A stretch of 25,922 nucleotides of DNA from Spirochaetia bacterium (GCA_035530395.1 DATKUX010000180.1:1-25922); one strand, 5' to 3'; shown: positions 1-9,480, numbered from the stretch's first letter. Made by a program: numbers and translations. The notes: a model not told the origin generated them from the sequence alone.

Positions 1-762
1 CGAAGGCACCACTTGCGTTACGGTAACCTTTTCTCTCTGAATGGTTTCCAGGACCTCCCGTGGATCAAATTCCCGCATAATCACAATCGTACATCCCCGG
101 AAAAAATGGGACAGGGTAGAACTTTTCCCCCCGGAATGAAAAAGAGGCAGCACCGCCAGGTGAACCGAGTACTCACCGGACCGCATTTCCGCCAACTGAT
201 GGACAGCGCAATCAAGTTGTCCACCGTGGGTTAACATGATCCCTTTCGGTAACCCGGTTGTTCCGCTGGAATAGATGATGTATGCCACATCATCGGAGTC
301 AATCGCGACGTCCGGCTCATCCGGTACACCCTGGTTCAAGACATCCTCATAGAATTCATACCCTGGAACGCGGCTGTGCAGGCTGATATAAATCCCCACA
401 TCCGACAGGTCTTCGCGAATAGTATCGATCACCGGCGTATACTCCGGCGCGACAATCAGAGCCTTGGCTCCGGCATCAGCCAACATGAATTTGAGCTCCC
501 GGGCCACCAAACGCCAGTTGAGGGGCACCAGCACGATACCGCCTTTTTCAGCCAGGCCGTACGCTTCCATATATTCGTTGCAATTCTTGCTTAAAACAGC
601 CACCCCGTCGCCTTTGCCGATACCTCTAGCGGCCATGGCGCTAACCAACCGGTTAACCCGTAAATTCAAATCCCGGTAAGCAAGTTTTTGCCCATCAAAA
701 ATTAAGCCTTTATCGGGATAGAGTTTGGCATTACGGGTAAATATCTCGCCCAATGTCCACAT
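1..762 (-). CDS. AMP-forming acyl-CoA synthetase/ligase, N-terminal 254 codons; 3' end lies beyond the window
   Basis: Absent from the ORF track because it has no stop in the window. Reverse translation from the ATG at 762-760 (GGAGGGGAG RBS upstream) gives MWTLGEIFTRNAKLYPDKGLIFDGQKLAYRDLNLRVNRLV... and stays open to base 1. The AMP-binding signature YSSGTTGLPKGIMLTH is encoded around 241-264. Confidence 0.85.
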   Translation of the reverse strand, partial: MWTLGEIFTRNAKLYPDKGLIFDGQKLAYRDLNLRVNRLVSAMAARGIGKGDGVAVLSKNCNEYMEAYGLAEKGGIVLVPLNWRLVARELKFMLADAGAKALIVAPEYTPVIDTIREDLSDVGIYISLHSRVPGYEFYEDVLNQGVPDEPDVAIDSDDVAYIIYSSGTTGLPKGIMLTHGGQLDCAVHQLAEMRSGEYSVHLAVLPLFHSGGKSSTLSHFFRGCTIVIMREFDPREVLETIQREKVTVTQVVPS

Positions 763-826
763 TCCGGCTCCCCTCCCTCTTCCAGCGAGTACTGATAAAT
801 CCAAACAACCCGGCCCTTATGCTCTT

Positions 827-1825
827 CTATTCAACCCCGTTGACTACCGCCAACGGACGCTCTCCCCTAATAACCCGGATACAATTGTGCAAAGCGGCGT
901 CCAGCATGCGGTTTAAAGCCTGAACCGTAACCCCGCCCAAATGAGGGGTAAGGAAAAGCCGGTCCTTGACCTCCTCGGGCAAGGTCAAAAGAGGGTGATC
1001 AGCCGGTAAGGGCTCAATTTCAAAGGTATCAAGTCCCGCCCCGCCCAAATGTCCGGCGGCCAGCGCCGCCGCCACGGCCGTATCGTCGACGATCCCACCC
1101 CGGGCCGCATTGATTAAAATAGCTCCCGGTTTCATCATTTGTATTTCCCGCGCCCCGATCAGCCGCCGGGTTTCCCCGGTCAACGGCACACAGATGATAA
1201 TAACGTCGCTGGTAATCAACAGTTCCTCAAAACTTCGGTAATTAACTCCTAGCTGCTTTTCTTCCGCTTCCGGTTTGCGCAGCGGCTTATAGTAATTTAT
1301 CTCCGCCCCCAGAGCTTGGCCGGCTTCAGCCAATTTGGACCCGATCCGTCCCAAACCGATGATTCCCCATCGGCTGCCGTTTACTTCCGACATCCCGCTT
1401 TGAAACAGCCTTTCCCGGCCCGGTTGGTAATTACCGCGTTTAATTTCCCGGTCGGCATAGATGAACCGCCGTTGCAGGACTATGATGGCGGCCAAAACAA
1501 GTTCCGCCACCGCCAGCGTATTTATGCCAGGTGTATTCGCAACCGGAATTCCGGCCCTTGCCGCCGCTTCGATGTTAATCTTGTCGTAGCCGGCACCCGC
1601 GGTTTGGATTAATTTCAAATTGGGCAAGGCGTTTATAACTTCCGCGGAAATGACCGGGTAAGGCGCCGGGCATAACAAACATGTCGCATCCTTGGCGGCG
1701 GCAATAATATGATTGGGTTCGTAGTCCGTGGAAAAATCCAGATCATCCTTGAAAGCTTCCAAAGTCGCCAGAGTGCCGGGGTCCTTAAAGTAAATTTTCG
1801 GCATCAAACTCAGTATTTTTGCCAT
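827..1825 (-). CDS. D-isomer-specific 2-hydroxyacid dehydrogenase, NAD-binding (aryl-lactate/glycerate dehydrogenase type)
   Basis: 332-aa ORF with ATG start and a GGAGGA RBS 8 nt upstream. Rossmann motif GIIGLGRIGSKLAE, and the C-terminal catalytic region (ARGGIVD ... TPHLGG) is typical of the family. Confidence 0.9.
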   Translation of the reverse strand: MAKILSLMPKIYFKDPGTLATLEAFKDDLDFSTDYEPNHIIAAAKDATCLLCPAPYPVISAEVINALPNLKLIQTAGAGYDKINIEAAARAGIPVANTPGINTLAVAELVLAAIIVLQRRFIYADREIKRGNYQPGRERLFQSGMSEVNGSRWGIIGLGRIGSKLAEAGQALGAEINYYKPLRKPEAEEKQLGVNYRSFEELLITSDVIIICVPLTGETRRLIGAREIQMMKPGAILINAARGGIVDDTAVAAALAAGHLGGAGLDTFEIEPLPADHPLLTLPEEVKDRLFLTPHLGGVTVQALNRMLDAALHNCIRVIRGERPLAVVNGVE

Positions 1826-1885
1826 TTCCGAATTCCTCCATGCGCATTTTTTCCGATGGGTAACCGCCGCTAAGACTCCCTCTTT

Positions 1886-2482
1886 TTAAGCAGGAAAAGC
1901 TTCCTTTAGTTCCCGGCCGGCCGCAAAAGCCTGTTTATTCAATTCCGTAAATTTCGCCGGAACCAGATCCACGATTACCTCCAGCCAGGTTTCCACGGCA
2001 ACCTCCAGGTCCCTGGAGAGCCTCCCAAGCACCACCACACCCGCTAAGGCCTGGTTGCCAAGTTCCATAGCCTTGCCGGTGGCGTTAACCCATTCAAAAA
2101 ATCCGGCCCGCCCGGTCAAAAGTTGTTCAATATTTTTCGCTTCCGGATATCTTGCCTGCCCGATATTTACGGAGGGTGGATAAATTTTGTGGGTGTTAAT
2201 ATAAACTTTAGACCGGGGATTGAGATAGGTGGCCCAACGCGCGCCTTCCAGCATTTCAAACCCGAGCAGGTAATCAACCCGGCCCTGTTCCACCACCGGC
2301 GAATAGACTTTCCGGCCCCAGCGCACATGGCTTTCCACCGCGCCGCCACGCTGGGACATCCCGTGAACCTCCGATTTTTTGACATCGTACCCCGCTTTTA
2401 AACCAACCTCGACCAGAATATCACTGGCCAGGATCGTACCTTGGCCACCCACTCCGGCGAGGATAAAATCATATTTTGGCAT
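1886..2482 (-). CDS. iorB: indolepyruvate (arylpyruvate):ferredoxin oxidoreductase, beta subunit
   Basis: 198 aa with AAGGAGGTG RBS. N-terminus MPKYDFILAGVGGQGTILASDIL...HGMSQRGGAV is the 2-oxoacid:ferredoxin oxidoreductase gamma-domain signature. It sits 14 nt downstream of iorA. Confidence 0.9.
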   Translation of the reverse strand: MPKYDFILAGVGGQGTILASDILVEVGLKAGYDVKKSEVHGMSQRGGAVESHVRWGRKVYSPVVEQGRVDYLLGFEMLEGARWATYLNPRSKVYINTHKIYPPSVNIGQARYPEAKNIEQLLTGRAGFFEWVNATGKAMELGNQALAGVVVLGRLSRDLEVAVETWLEVIVDLVPAKFTELNKQAFAAGRELKEAFPA

Positions 2483-2496
2483 TTAATCCCACCTCC

Positions 2497-4250
2497 TTAT
2501 TGCTTCTCCGCAGTTACCTGAATCGCCTTGAATGCGCAAACTTTGGCGCAGAAACCGCACCCGTTGCACAATAAAGTATCGATGGCAACACCCTCTTCAG
2601 TTTTGGTCAGCGCCGGGCAGCCTGTTTTCAGGCAGTTTCCGCAATTGGTACAGGCTTCGGGATCAACTTCCGGAGTAGGATGTTTTTCCTTTACATTAAG
2701 CACACAAGGGTAACGGGCGATGATTACCGACGGCTCCGCGGACGCCATAAATTCCTTGAGGGTCTGGAGCATCTGGTTAAGTTCATAGGGATTGACAACG
2801 GCAACTTTCTTAGCGCCCAGGCTCCGCACCAATTGCTCGATGTCGATCCGCTCCGTCGCCTCCCCTAACAGCGTCTTGCCGGAGCCAGGATTATCCTGGT
2901 GCCCGGTCATCGCCGTAATCCGGTTATCGGCAATGATGACTGTACTGACGCCCTTGTTGTAAAGGACATTGATTAGCGGGTGAATACCGCTGTGGAAGAA
3001 GGTAGAATCGCCGATCACCGCCACGGTCCGGTCTTTGACTCCAACTTTGTCGACTCCGTGTACCACGCCGATACTGGCACCCATACATCCGCTGGTATGC
3101 ATGGCACCCAACGGGGACGATCCACCCAAGGCATAACAGCCTATATCACCGTGTACCACCGCATTTAAGCGTTTCAAAGCATAGAAAACACCCCGGTGGC
3201 CACACCCGGGGCAAAGCATCGGCGGCCGGACCGGCAATTCCAGGCTAACCGGCTCCACTGGTGCCGGGGCATCCACCAACCCTGCTTTGGCAGCCATTTC
3301 CCGGATTAAATACGGGCTGAACTCACCCTCGGCCGGAAAAACTTCCTTACCTATAACTTCAATACCCAGCGTCCTGAAGTACTCTTCGAAAAAAGGGTCC
3401 AGTTCTTCGATGATCACTACTTCCTTGACCTGTTTGGCAAAATCAAGGATTAACCGCTTTGGAAGGGGATAAATCATGCCCAGCCTCAAGAAAGTGGCAC
3501 TGGGGAATACCTCCCGGGCGTACTGGTAAACCACGCCACTGGTGACGATGCCGATTTCACCATCTCCTGGCTCAATAACGTTGCAAGGGAAAGTTTCGGC
3601 ATATTCGGCTAGTTTACGTATTCTTTCTTCCACAACCGGATGACGTCGACGGGCATTGACCGGCACCATCACGTATTTGACCGGATTACGTTCAAATTCT
3701 AATTTTTCTGCGCTGGGTACTACCCGTAAGTCATCATCCATCGCCACGACTGTCCGGGAGTGGGACAATCGGGTGGTGGTACGGATTATAACAGGAGTAT
3801 CAAACTGTTCGCTAATCTCCATCGCCAGCGGAACGAATCTTTTGGCTTCTCGCTATCCGCCGGCTCCAGCATGGGGATTTTAGCGAACTTCGCGTAATTG
3901 CGATTATCCTGTTCATTTTGGGAGCTGTGCATGCCTGGGTCATCGGCGTTTACCACCACCAAACCGGCTTTTTGGCCGGTGTATGAGGCATAAAAGAGGG
4001 AATCGGCCGCCACATTTAGACCTACGTGTTTCATGGCGCACAATGCCCGCCCACCGGCATAAGCAGCTCCCACGGCCACATCAAAGGCCACTTTTTCATT
4101 GGGAGACCATTCGGCGTAAATTGTGTCGTATTTCGCACAATTGAGAACAACTTCGGTACTAGGGGTACCCGGATAAGCTGCCGCCACTTTAACTCCCGCC
4201 AGGTACGCCCCGTAGGCCAAGGCCTCATTTCCGGTCAGCAACTTCTTCAT
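2497..4250 (-). pseudogene. iorA: indolepyruvate:ferredoxin oxidoreductase alpha subunit, split by a 1-nt frameshift into 154-aa (3786-4250) and 441-aa (2497-3822) ORFs
   Basis: The two ORFs together make a collinear ~595-aa IorA. It has the N-terminal pyrimidine-binding domain (GMHSSQNEQDNRNYAKFAKIPMLEP), the TPP domain (GDSTFFHSG) and C-terminal 4Fe-4S cysteine motifs (CTNCGNC, CNGCGFC). The frames join if one A is added at the A4 run (T-run 3840-3843 on the plus strand). It could also be an assembly error or a tolerated split. Confidence 0.75.
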
Positions 4251-4386
4251 CCCATAACCCTCCCATATCAGTCAACCCCAAACTTCCAAAGAGAACTCTC
4301 TTGGTCTGGCATGCCCTTCTGGCAAATTGTGTATTTTTGCTAAGAATTTTCTCCTCGCCTTCCGCTGTTAGACAGAATTAGTAAAC

Positions 4387-4401
4387 GCAAATAGCGTGCC
4401 A
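4387..4401 (-). promoter_or_regulatory. sigma-54 (-24/-12) promoter of the iorA operon
   Basis: The minus strand reads TGGCAC-GCTAT-TTGC, an exact match to the TGGCAC-N5-TTGC core. It lies ~135 nt upstream of the iorA ATG and directly downstream of a sigma-54 activator gene. Confidence 0.75.
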
Positions 4402-4436
4402 ACCTGCGACACGCTGCTATTTCTCAATTATCCAAA

Positions 4437-4467
4437 TTATCTGATAACTAAAGTGTCAGTTTTGACA
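4437..4467. promoter_or_regulatory. candidate enhancer (UAS) palindromes for the sigma-54 activator
   Basis: Perfect palindromes TTATCTGATAA (4437-4447) and TGTCA-GTTT-TGACA (4454-4467), plus an AATTATC direct repeat (4426-4432, 4435-4441). All lie 35-65 nt upstream of the -24 element. Confidence 0.35.
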
Positions 4468-4533
4468 TGCTAAGGTTGGGGCTCGACCTGTGAAGAGCTT
4501 TAATAAAGGTTTTTTACCAGGTCACTTTTTAAT

Positions 4534-5973
4534 TCATTTTTGACTCTTCAGACTTCTCATCCTTCTTGACAGGCTGGAAAGGCTGATCCCCAATTTACCG
4601 GCAGCTTCTTCCCGGCTCTTACAAAGTTTTACAGTGTTTTTAACGAGTTGCAATTCAAACTTTTCGACGGCATCGCGGAGAGACTCAAAACCGAATTCGT
4701 GTTGCGCTGGATTCCTGGCCCTAACCAGGTATTTCTCTTGCAGATGGTCAGGCGTGATAATTAATTCCTGGCTGGTTACGACCAGTCTTTCCACTAGATT
4801 GGCAAGTTCCCGCACATTACCCGGCCAGTCATACCTGTATAATACTTCAATCGCCTCTTGGCTGAACTTAACCTCCCTGTGGTATTTTTTTTGAAATAGT
4901 TCCGTGTAATGAACGATCAGAAATGGTATATCTTCTTTACGCTCCCGTAGCGCTGGAATTACGATCGGGACTACATTCAGCCGGTAGAAAAGGTCTTCGC
5001 GGAAATCTCCGATCTTGACCATACCCTCCAAGTCACGATTGGTGGCCGCAATGATACGGACATTTATGGCTTTTTCTTTTACCCCTCCCAACCGCGTTAT
5101 TTTTTGGTCCTGAATAACCGCTAACAGTTTAACCTGCAGCTTTTTGGGCAGCTCTCCTATTTCGTCCAAGAATATGGTTCCTTTATCCGCCAACTCAAAG
5201 TAACCGGCTTTCCCCTCCTTGTTGGCCCCAGTAAAGGCACCACCTTCATAACCGAAAAGTTCCGATTCCAGTAAATCGGCCGGGATGGCACCGCAATTAA
5301 TTTTTATAAACGAGCCTAAATCCTTACGCGGACTGGCCTCATGAATGATCCGAACTACCATGTCCTTGCCAACTCCGGATTCACCGAGTATTAGAACTGT
5401 ACTATCCACAATAGCAATGCGATAAGCCATTTCCAGCACTTGCTTGATTTGTTTGCTATGGGCAACAACCTCCACCGACTTTGGCTTCTTCAGTTCTAAC
5501 AGTTCCAAAAAGTATTTCGAAGCCAGTGTCTGGGTTTGCTGATATTTTTGCCTTAGACGGTTTAATTCAGTTACATCTCGTAAGTTGCAACATACTCGCT
5601 GAATTTTACCATTACTATCATAGACCGGAACACCGGTACTCAAAACCTGCCTTCCCGTGCTGGTGTTGATAATCACAGTTTCTTCCTTGCCCGTCTCAAA
5701 TACTCTTAAGGCCGCGCTATCGTCAGTACTCCCTTCATTGAGCATATCATGAATTTTGCGGCCAAGGGTTTCCGCCTTCTTGAGGCCCATGACCCGCTCA
5801 AAGGCGGGATTGGCCAAAATAATTCTGCCCTCGGAATCTGCGATGGTCATGGCATCATATGATTTTTCAATCATCAGCAAATAGTCCCGGTTTATTTCCG
5901 CCAATTCACTCACTCTGTCGCGCAAATACTGAAATTCTTCCGCTATTTTGTCGGCATTTTGACTGCTAGCCAT
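4534..5973 (-). CDS. sigma-54-dependent transcriptional activator (PAS sensor, AAA+ domain, Fis-type HTH)
   Basis: Walker A GESGVGKD, sigma-54 contact loop GAFTGA, and C-terminal HTH (EAAGKLGISLSSLSRRM). I prefer the ATG at 5973 (GAAGGAAGGTG RBS 5 nt upstream) over the GTG at 5979 used by the ORF track. Confidence 0.9.
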   Translation of the reverse strand: MASSQNADKIAEEFQYLRDRVSELAEINRDYLLMIEKSYDAMTIADSEGRIILANPAFERVMGLKKAETLGRKIHDMLNEGSTDDSAALRVFETGKEETVIINTSTGRQVLSTGVPVYDSNGKIQRVCCNLRDVTELNRLRQKYQQTQTLASKYFLELLELKKPKSVEVVAHSKQIKQVLEMAYRIAIVDSTVLILGESGVGKDMVVRIIHEASPRKDLGSFIKINCGAIPADLLESELFGYEGGAFTGANKEGKAGYFELADKGTIFLDEIGELPKKLQVKLLAVIQDQKITRLGGVKEKAINVRIIAATNRDLEGMVKIGDFREDLFYRLNVVPIVIPALRERKEDIPFLIVHYTELFQKKYHREVKFSQEAIEVLYRYDWPGNVRELANLVERLVVTSQELIITPDHLQEKYLVRARNPAQHEFGFESLRDAVEKFELQLVKNTVKLCKSREEAAGKLGISLSSLSRRMRSLKSQK

Positions 5974-6074
5974 CGCCACACCTTCCTTCTAGGGCCATAC
6001 TCTATTCTGGTACACCAATTCGATTTTCATCGATGAACCGAGTAGGAGGGAGTAATCAACTCCCGTCTCCCGGC

Positions 6075-6101
6075 GGCTGAGCCACCTTCGGTGGCTCAGC
6101 C
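6075..6101 (-). terminator. perfect 12-bp GC-rich hairpin overlapping the stop codon of the upstream activator gene
   Basis: GGCTGAGCCACC-TTC-GGTGGCTCAGCC. The TGA of the 6096-7820 gene lies inside the right arm. There is no U-tract after it on the minus strand, so terminator function is uncertain. Confidence 0.4.
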
Positions 6102-7820
6102 CATAATGGCATACTGCTTCATCTTTTTGTAGAGCCATGCCCGGGATATGCCCAGGACGCCGGCCGCCTTGACCTTATTGCCGCCGCAGGCGGCCAGGGC
6201 TTCCACCAGCGCCTCCCGCTCAACCTGCTCCAGGAGCCGGGGCAGGGTCGACCCGCCGGCCTGCCGCTTATTCCCGTACTGCCTGAGGTACAGCGGCAGG
6301 TCCTCCACCTCGATCACCTGGCCGTCCAAAAGGTTGAAGGCCCGTTCGATGACGTTCTCCATTTCGCGGATGTTGCCGGGCCAGTGGTAGTTCTTAAGCA
6401 GGGACCATACTTCGGGGGCGAGGTCCAGGACCTGGACGCCGAATTCCCGGTTGAAGCGGGCGATGAAGTGCCGGGCCAGCGGGTGTACGTCCTCGATGCG
6501 CTCCCGCAGGGGCGGAATAAAGATGGTCACCACGTTGAGGCGGTAGTAGAGATCCTCGCGGAAGCGTCCCTCCCGCAGGAGGGCCTCCAGGTCCTGGTTG
6601 GTTGCGGCCAGCACCCGCACGTCCACCCGGCGTGACCGTCCCTCGCCCAGGCGCTCGATCTCCCTCTCCTGCAATACCCGCAGCAGCTTGGCCTGCATCA
6701 CGAGGGGCATGTCCCCGACCTCGTCCAGAAAAATGGTCCCGCCGTCGGCCAGTTCGAACTTGCCGGCCTGGCCCCCCTTGCGGGCCCCGGTAAAGGCCCC
6801 CTGATTATAGCCGAACAGCTCTGATTCCAGAAGGTTTTCCGGCACAGCCGCGCAGTTGACCCGGACGAAGGGACCATGGCGGCGGGGCGACGCGGCGTGA
6901 ATGGCGTGGGCCACGAGTTCCTTGCCGGTGCCGCTCTCACCATGGATAAGAACCGTCGAGGGTCCTCTGGCCACGCGCCGGGCGGTATCTTTCAACTCCT
7001 GCATGGCCGGGCTCTGGCCGATAATGCTGTCGATGGTATAACGAGCCCCCTGGGCCAGTTCCAGTTCCTTGCGGTAGTAACCGACTTCCCGGGACAGGGA
7101 CTTGACCCGGTCGGCCAGCCGCAGGAGGTCGCCGACATCCTTGAACATCACCCGGCTGACCGCTCCCACGATGCGCCCGTCTCTCTCGATCGGATAGCGC
7201 ATCACCACCGCCTCCCGGCCCTTGAAGCGGACCACCTCGCCCGGAAAGAACCGGCCCGAGAGCGGCACGAGGTAAAGTTCGCCGTCCTCGATGACCTCGC
7301 GGACATGGCGGCCGATCGTCCCCTCCAGGCTCACCCCGGCCAGTTCGGCAAAGGTCCGGTTCATGTGCGTAACCCGGCCCCCGGTGTCGATGACCAGATA
7401 GCCATCCGGCCCGGCGTCCAGGATGGTTTCCATGGTAACCTTGAGCTGCTTGACCGATTCCAGCTCCTGGGCTACGTGCGCCAATTCGGTGATCTCCTGG
7501 GCCACGCCGACAGCCCCCGCTATGCGGCCGTTGGCCAAAATGGGAGTGCGGTTGACCACGAACAGCGCGTTACCCGAGGCAAATTTTCGACCGATGTGGC
7601 TTTGTCCGGTCTTTAAAACCTTCATAAGACCGCTGTACGGCATGACCTCATCCACCGGCCGGCCCATGGCTTCCCGGGCCGGCACCCCGAAGAGACGCTC
7701 GCACGCCTCGTTGTAAACGACGATGCGGCCCTGACAGTCAACCGCCACCACCACGTTGTGGATGGCGTTCAGGATGTCCTTGTCACCGGTGTGATTTTTG
7801 GCGGCCGCGTTTTTCGTCAT
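6096..7820 (-). CDS. sigma-54-dependent transcriptional activator (two PAS-like sensor modules, AAA+ domain, Fis-type HTH)
   Basis: Motifs GESGTGKE and GAFTGA, with [19 protein letters not shown]. The track start at 7853 is a TTG that overlaps trmL. The ATG at 7820 has a GAAGGGG RBS 5 nt upstream and leaves a 25-nt gap after trmL. Confidence 0.9.
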   Translation of the reverse strand: MTKNAAAKNHTGDKDILNAIHNVVVAVDCQGRIVVYNEACERLFGVPAREAMGRPVDEVMPYSGLMKVLKTGQSHIGRKFASGNALFVVNRTPILANGRIAGAVGVAQEITELAHVAQELESVKQLKVTMETILDAGPDGYLVIDTGGRVTHMNRTFAELAGVSLEGTIGRHVREVIEDGELYLVPLSGRFFPGEVVRFKGREAVVMRYPIERDGRIVGAVSRVMFKDVGDLLRLADRVKSLSREVGYYRKELELAQGARYTIDSIIGQSPAMQELKDTARRVARGPSTVLIHGESGTGKELVAHAIHAASPRRHGPFVRVNCAAVPENLLESELFGYNQGAFTGARKGGQAGKFELADGGTIFLDEVGDMPLVMQAKLLRVLQEREIERLGEGRSRRVDVRVLAATNQDLEALLREGRFREDLYYRLNVVTIFIPPLRERIEDVHPLARHFIARFNREFGVQVLDLAPEVWSLLKNYHWPGNIREMENVIERAFNLLDGQVIEVEDLPLYLRQYGNKRQAGGSTLPRLLEQVEREALVEALAACGGNKVKAAGVLGISRAWLYKKMKQYAIMG

Positions 7821-7845
7821 CGAAACCCCTTCGTGCTCATTTTCG

Positions 7846-8307
7846 TTACGCAAATCCGGGAAAGTCCTGCTGGCGCAGGGCCTCGTACAGCACCACCGCC
7901 ACCGAATTGGCCAGGTTCAGGGAACGTACATCACCGGCCATGGGGATGCGCAGGCACTCATTCGGATGATCGGCCAACACCTGGGGCGGCAATCCGGCCG
8001 TTTCCCGGCCGAAAACCAGGAAATCGCCCGGCCGGTACACCACCCCGTGGTAGGGCCGGTCGCCCCGGGTGGTGATAAAGAAAAAACGGCTCCCGGTGAA
8101 GGCCCCAAAGACCTCTTCCAGGCTGTCATGATAACTTAGCTTAACCAGCGGCCAGTAGTCCAGTCCGGCCCTCTTCAGGTAGCGGTCGGACGTGGAAAAA
8201 CCGAGAGGCCTGACCAGGTGCAGAAAGGCCCCGGTCACCGCGCAGGTGCGGGCGATGTTGCCCGTGTTGGCCGGGATCTCCGGCTGATACAAGACCACGT
8301 GCATCAT
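7846..8307 (-). CDS. trmL: tRNA (cytidine/uridine-2'-O)-methyltransferase TrmL (SpoU/TrmH family)
   Basis: MMHVVLYQPEIPANTGNIARTCAVTGAFLHLVRPLGF...RSLNLANSVAVVLYEALRQ is collinear with E. coli TrmL/YibK. The start at 8307 overlaps the nth stop (ATGA). The 29-aa N-terminal extension in the ORF track is not family-like. Confidence 0.85.
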   Translation of the reverse strand: MMHVVLYQPEIPANTGNIARTCAVTGAFLHLVRPLGFSTSDRYLKRAGLDYWPLVKLSYHDSLEEVFGAFTGSRFFFITTRGDRPYHGVVYRPGDFLVFGRETAGLPPQVLADHPNECLRIPMAGDVRSLNLANSVAVVLYEALRQQDFPGFA

Positions 8308-8963
8308 CCGCCGGCCCCCTCCCGGTTCTCCGCCGGATAGACACACAGGGAAACGAGCGGACAACTGCCGCAGCGCGGCGAGCGGGCCGGGCACACCGTC
8401 CGCCCGTGGGCAATCAGGCGGTGATGGACGGCCAGACGGCTTTCCGGCGGCACGAGCAGGCAGAGTTCCTCCTCAACCCTGACCGGGTCGGCAGCATGGG
8501 CCAGGCCCAGCCGGTGCGTCACCCGGAAAACGTGGGTATCTACGGGCAGGGTGGGTTGGCCGAACAAAACGCCCAAAACCACGCTGGCCGTCTTGTGTCC
8601 CACCCCCGGCAGTTGTTCCAGGGCGGCCCGCTCACCCGGTACATCGCCCCCGTGTTCGCGATCCAGGGCCGCGCTCAGGTCAATCAGGTGGCGAGCCTTG
8701 GCCCGGAAAAGGCCCACGTGGGCTATCAGTTTCTCCAGATCGGCCCCCCCGGCCAGGGCCATGGTCTGCGCCGTGGGATAGCGCCGAAAAAGGGCAGGCG
8801 TGACCTTGTTCACCTGAACGTCGGTGGTGCGGGCGGAGAGCACGACTGCCACCAGCAACTGGAAGGCATCCTGGTAGACCAGGGCCGTTTCGGCCCGGGG
8901 ATAGGTACGTGCCAACACCGCCAGGATCCGGGCCGCCTGCTCCCGCGCTTTGTCAGAGACCAA
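8304..8963 (-). CDS. nth: endonuclease III (DNA glycosylase/AP lyase)
   Basis: 219 aa with an HhH-GPD region (LPGVGHKTASVVL) and a C-terminal 4Fe-4S loop C-X6-C-X2-C-X5-C (CPARSPRCGSCPLVSLC). It has a TTG start and an AGAGGGAG RBS. Confidence 0.9.
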   Translation of the reverse strand: MVSDKAREQAARILAVLARTYPRAETALVYQDAFQLLVAVVLSARTTDVQVNKVTPALFRRYPTAQTMALAGGADLEKLIAHVGLFRAKARHLIDLSAALDREHGGDVPGERAALEQLPGVGHKTASVVLGVLFGQPTLPVDTHVFRVTHRLGLAHAADPVRVEEELCLLVPPESRLAVHHRLIAHGRTVCPARSPRCGSCPLVSLCVYPAENREGAGG

Positions 8964-9363
8964 GCCTGGTATGCTCCCTCTTCAGGCAATGGTCCATGAC
9001 CACAGGGACGCCGGCGGCTTCAGCCAGGTCCGCCGCCTCGTGGTTGACTACTCCCAGCTGCATCCAGATAGCCCTGGGTTTTAGGATCAGGGCCTCTGCC
9101 ACAATGGCCGGTACCTCCTCCGGCCGGCGGAAGATGTCCACGATGTCCACGGGTTCCGGTATGTCCTTCAGGGAGGGATAGGCCTTTTCCCCCAGCACTT
9201 CGGTCAGTGTGGGGTTGACCGGAACGATACGGTAGCCATGCTCCTTCAGATAGCTGGCCACCTTAAAGCTGTCCCGCTCCGGGTTGGCGGAAACACCCAC
9301 CATGGCCACGGTATGCGACCCGGTGAGCAGTTCGCGCAAAAATTGGTCCTCCATATTCCTCAT
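8953..9363 (-). CDS. CoA-binding domain protein (YccU/YneT-like)
   Basis: 136 aa. VAMVGVSANPERDSFKVASYLKEHGYRIVPVNP...VDIVDIFR is the classic small CoA-binding Rossmann protein. The true start may be the second ATG at 9354, which has better spacing to the GGGGG RBS. Confidence 0.85.
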   Translation of the reverse strand: MRNMEDQFLRELLTGSHTVAMVGVSANPERDSFKVASYLKEHGYRIVPVNPTLTEVLGEKAYPSLKDIPEPVDIVDIFRRPEEVPAIVAEALILKPRAIWMQLGVVNHEAADLAEAAGVPVVMDHCLKREHTRLGL

Positions 9364-9471
9364 CCCCCGCTGTTTTTATGCTGATTTCGCGATCTTTACC
9401 GCCCATCCCTGCCGGAGCCGACATTTTTTTGCCCTCTGGGCCGCTCGTCCGGCACCATCCGCCGCTAAATA

Positions 9472-9480
9472 TGTCATAAT
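9472..9480 (+). promoter_or_regulatory. possible extended -10 promoter (TGtCATAAT) for the deacetylase genes
   Basis: TG-n-CATAAT lies ~90 nt upstream of the 9571 ATG in the divergent intergenic region. There is no convincing -35. Confidence 0.25.

Noticed and set aside
13-916. Short plus-strand ORFs at the left edge (13-234, 376-594, 464-679, 725-916).
   Set aside because: They overlap the minus-strand acyl-CoA synthetase fragment, which carries an unambiguous AMP-binding motif and a proper RBS and ATG at 762.
4296-4340. Plus-strand TGGCAT and TGGCAA motifs in the iorA leader.
   Set aside because: There is no TTGC at N5 spacing, and no plus-strand gene lies downstream.
8308-8394. 29-codon extension of trmL, and similar over-long track starts (7853 for the activator, 15001 for the ligase, 16441 for UbiD, 17623 for ppsB, 20263 for ppsA, 5979 for the proximal activator).
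   Set aside because: The longest-ORF starts are TTG or GTG codons without RBSs, or the extension itself contains the RBS of the next in-frame ATG. Family-typical N-termini begin at the internal ATGs.
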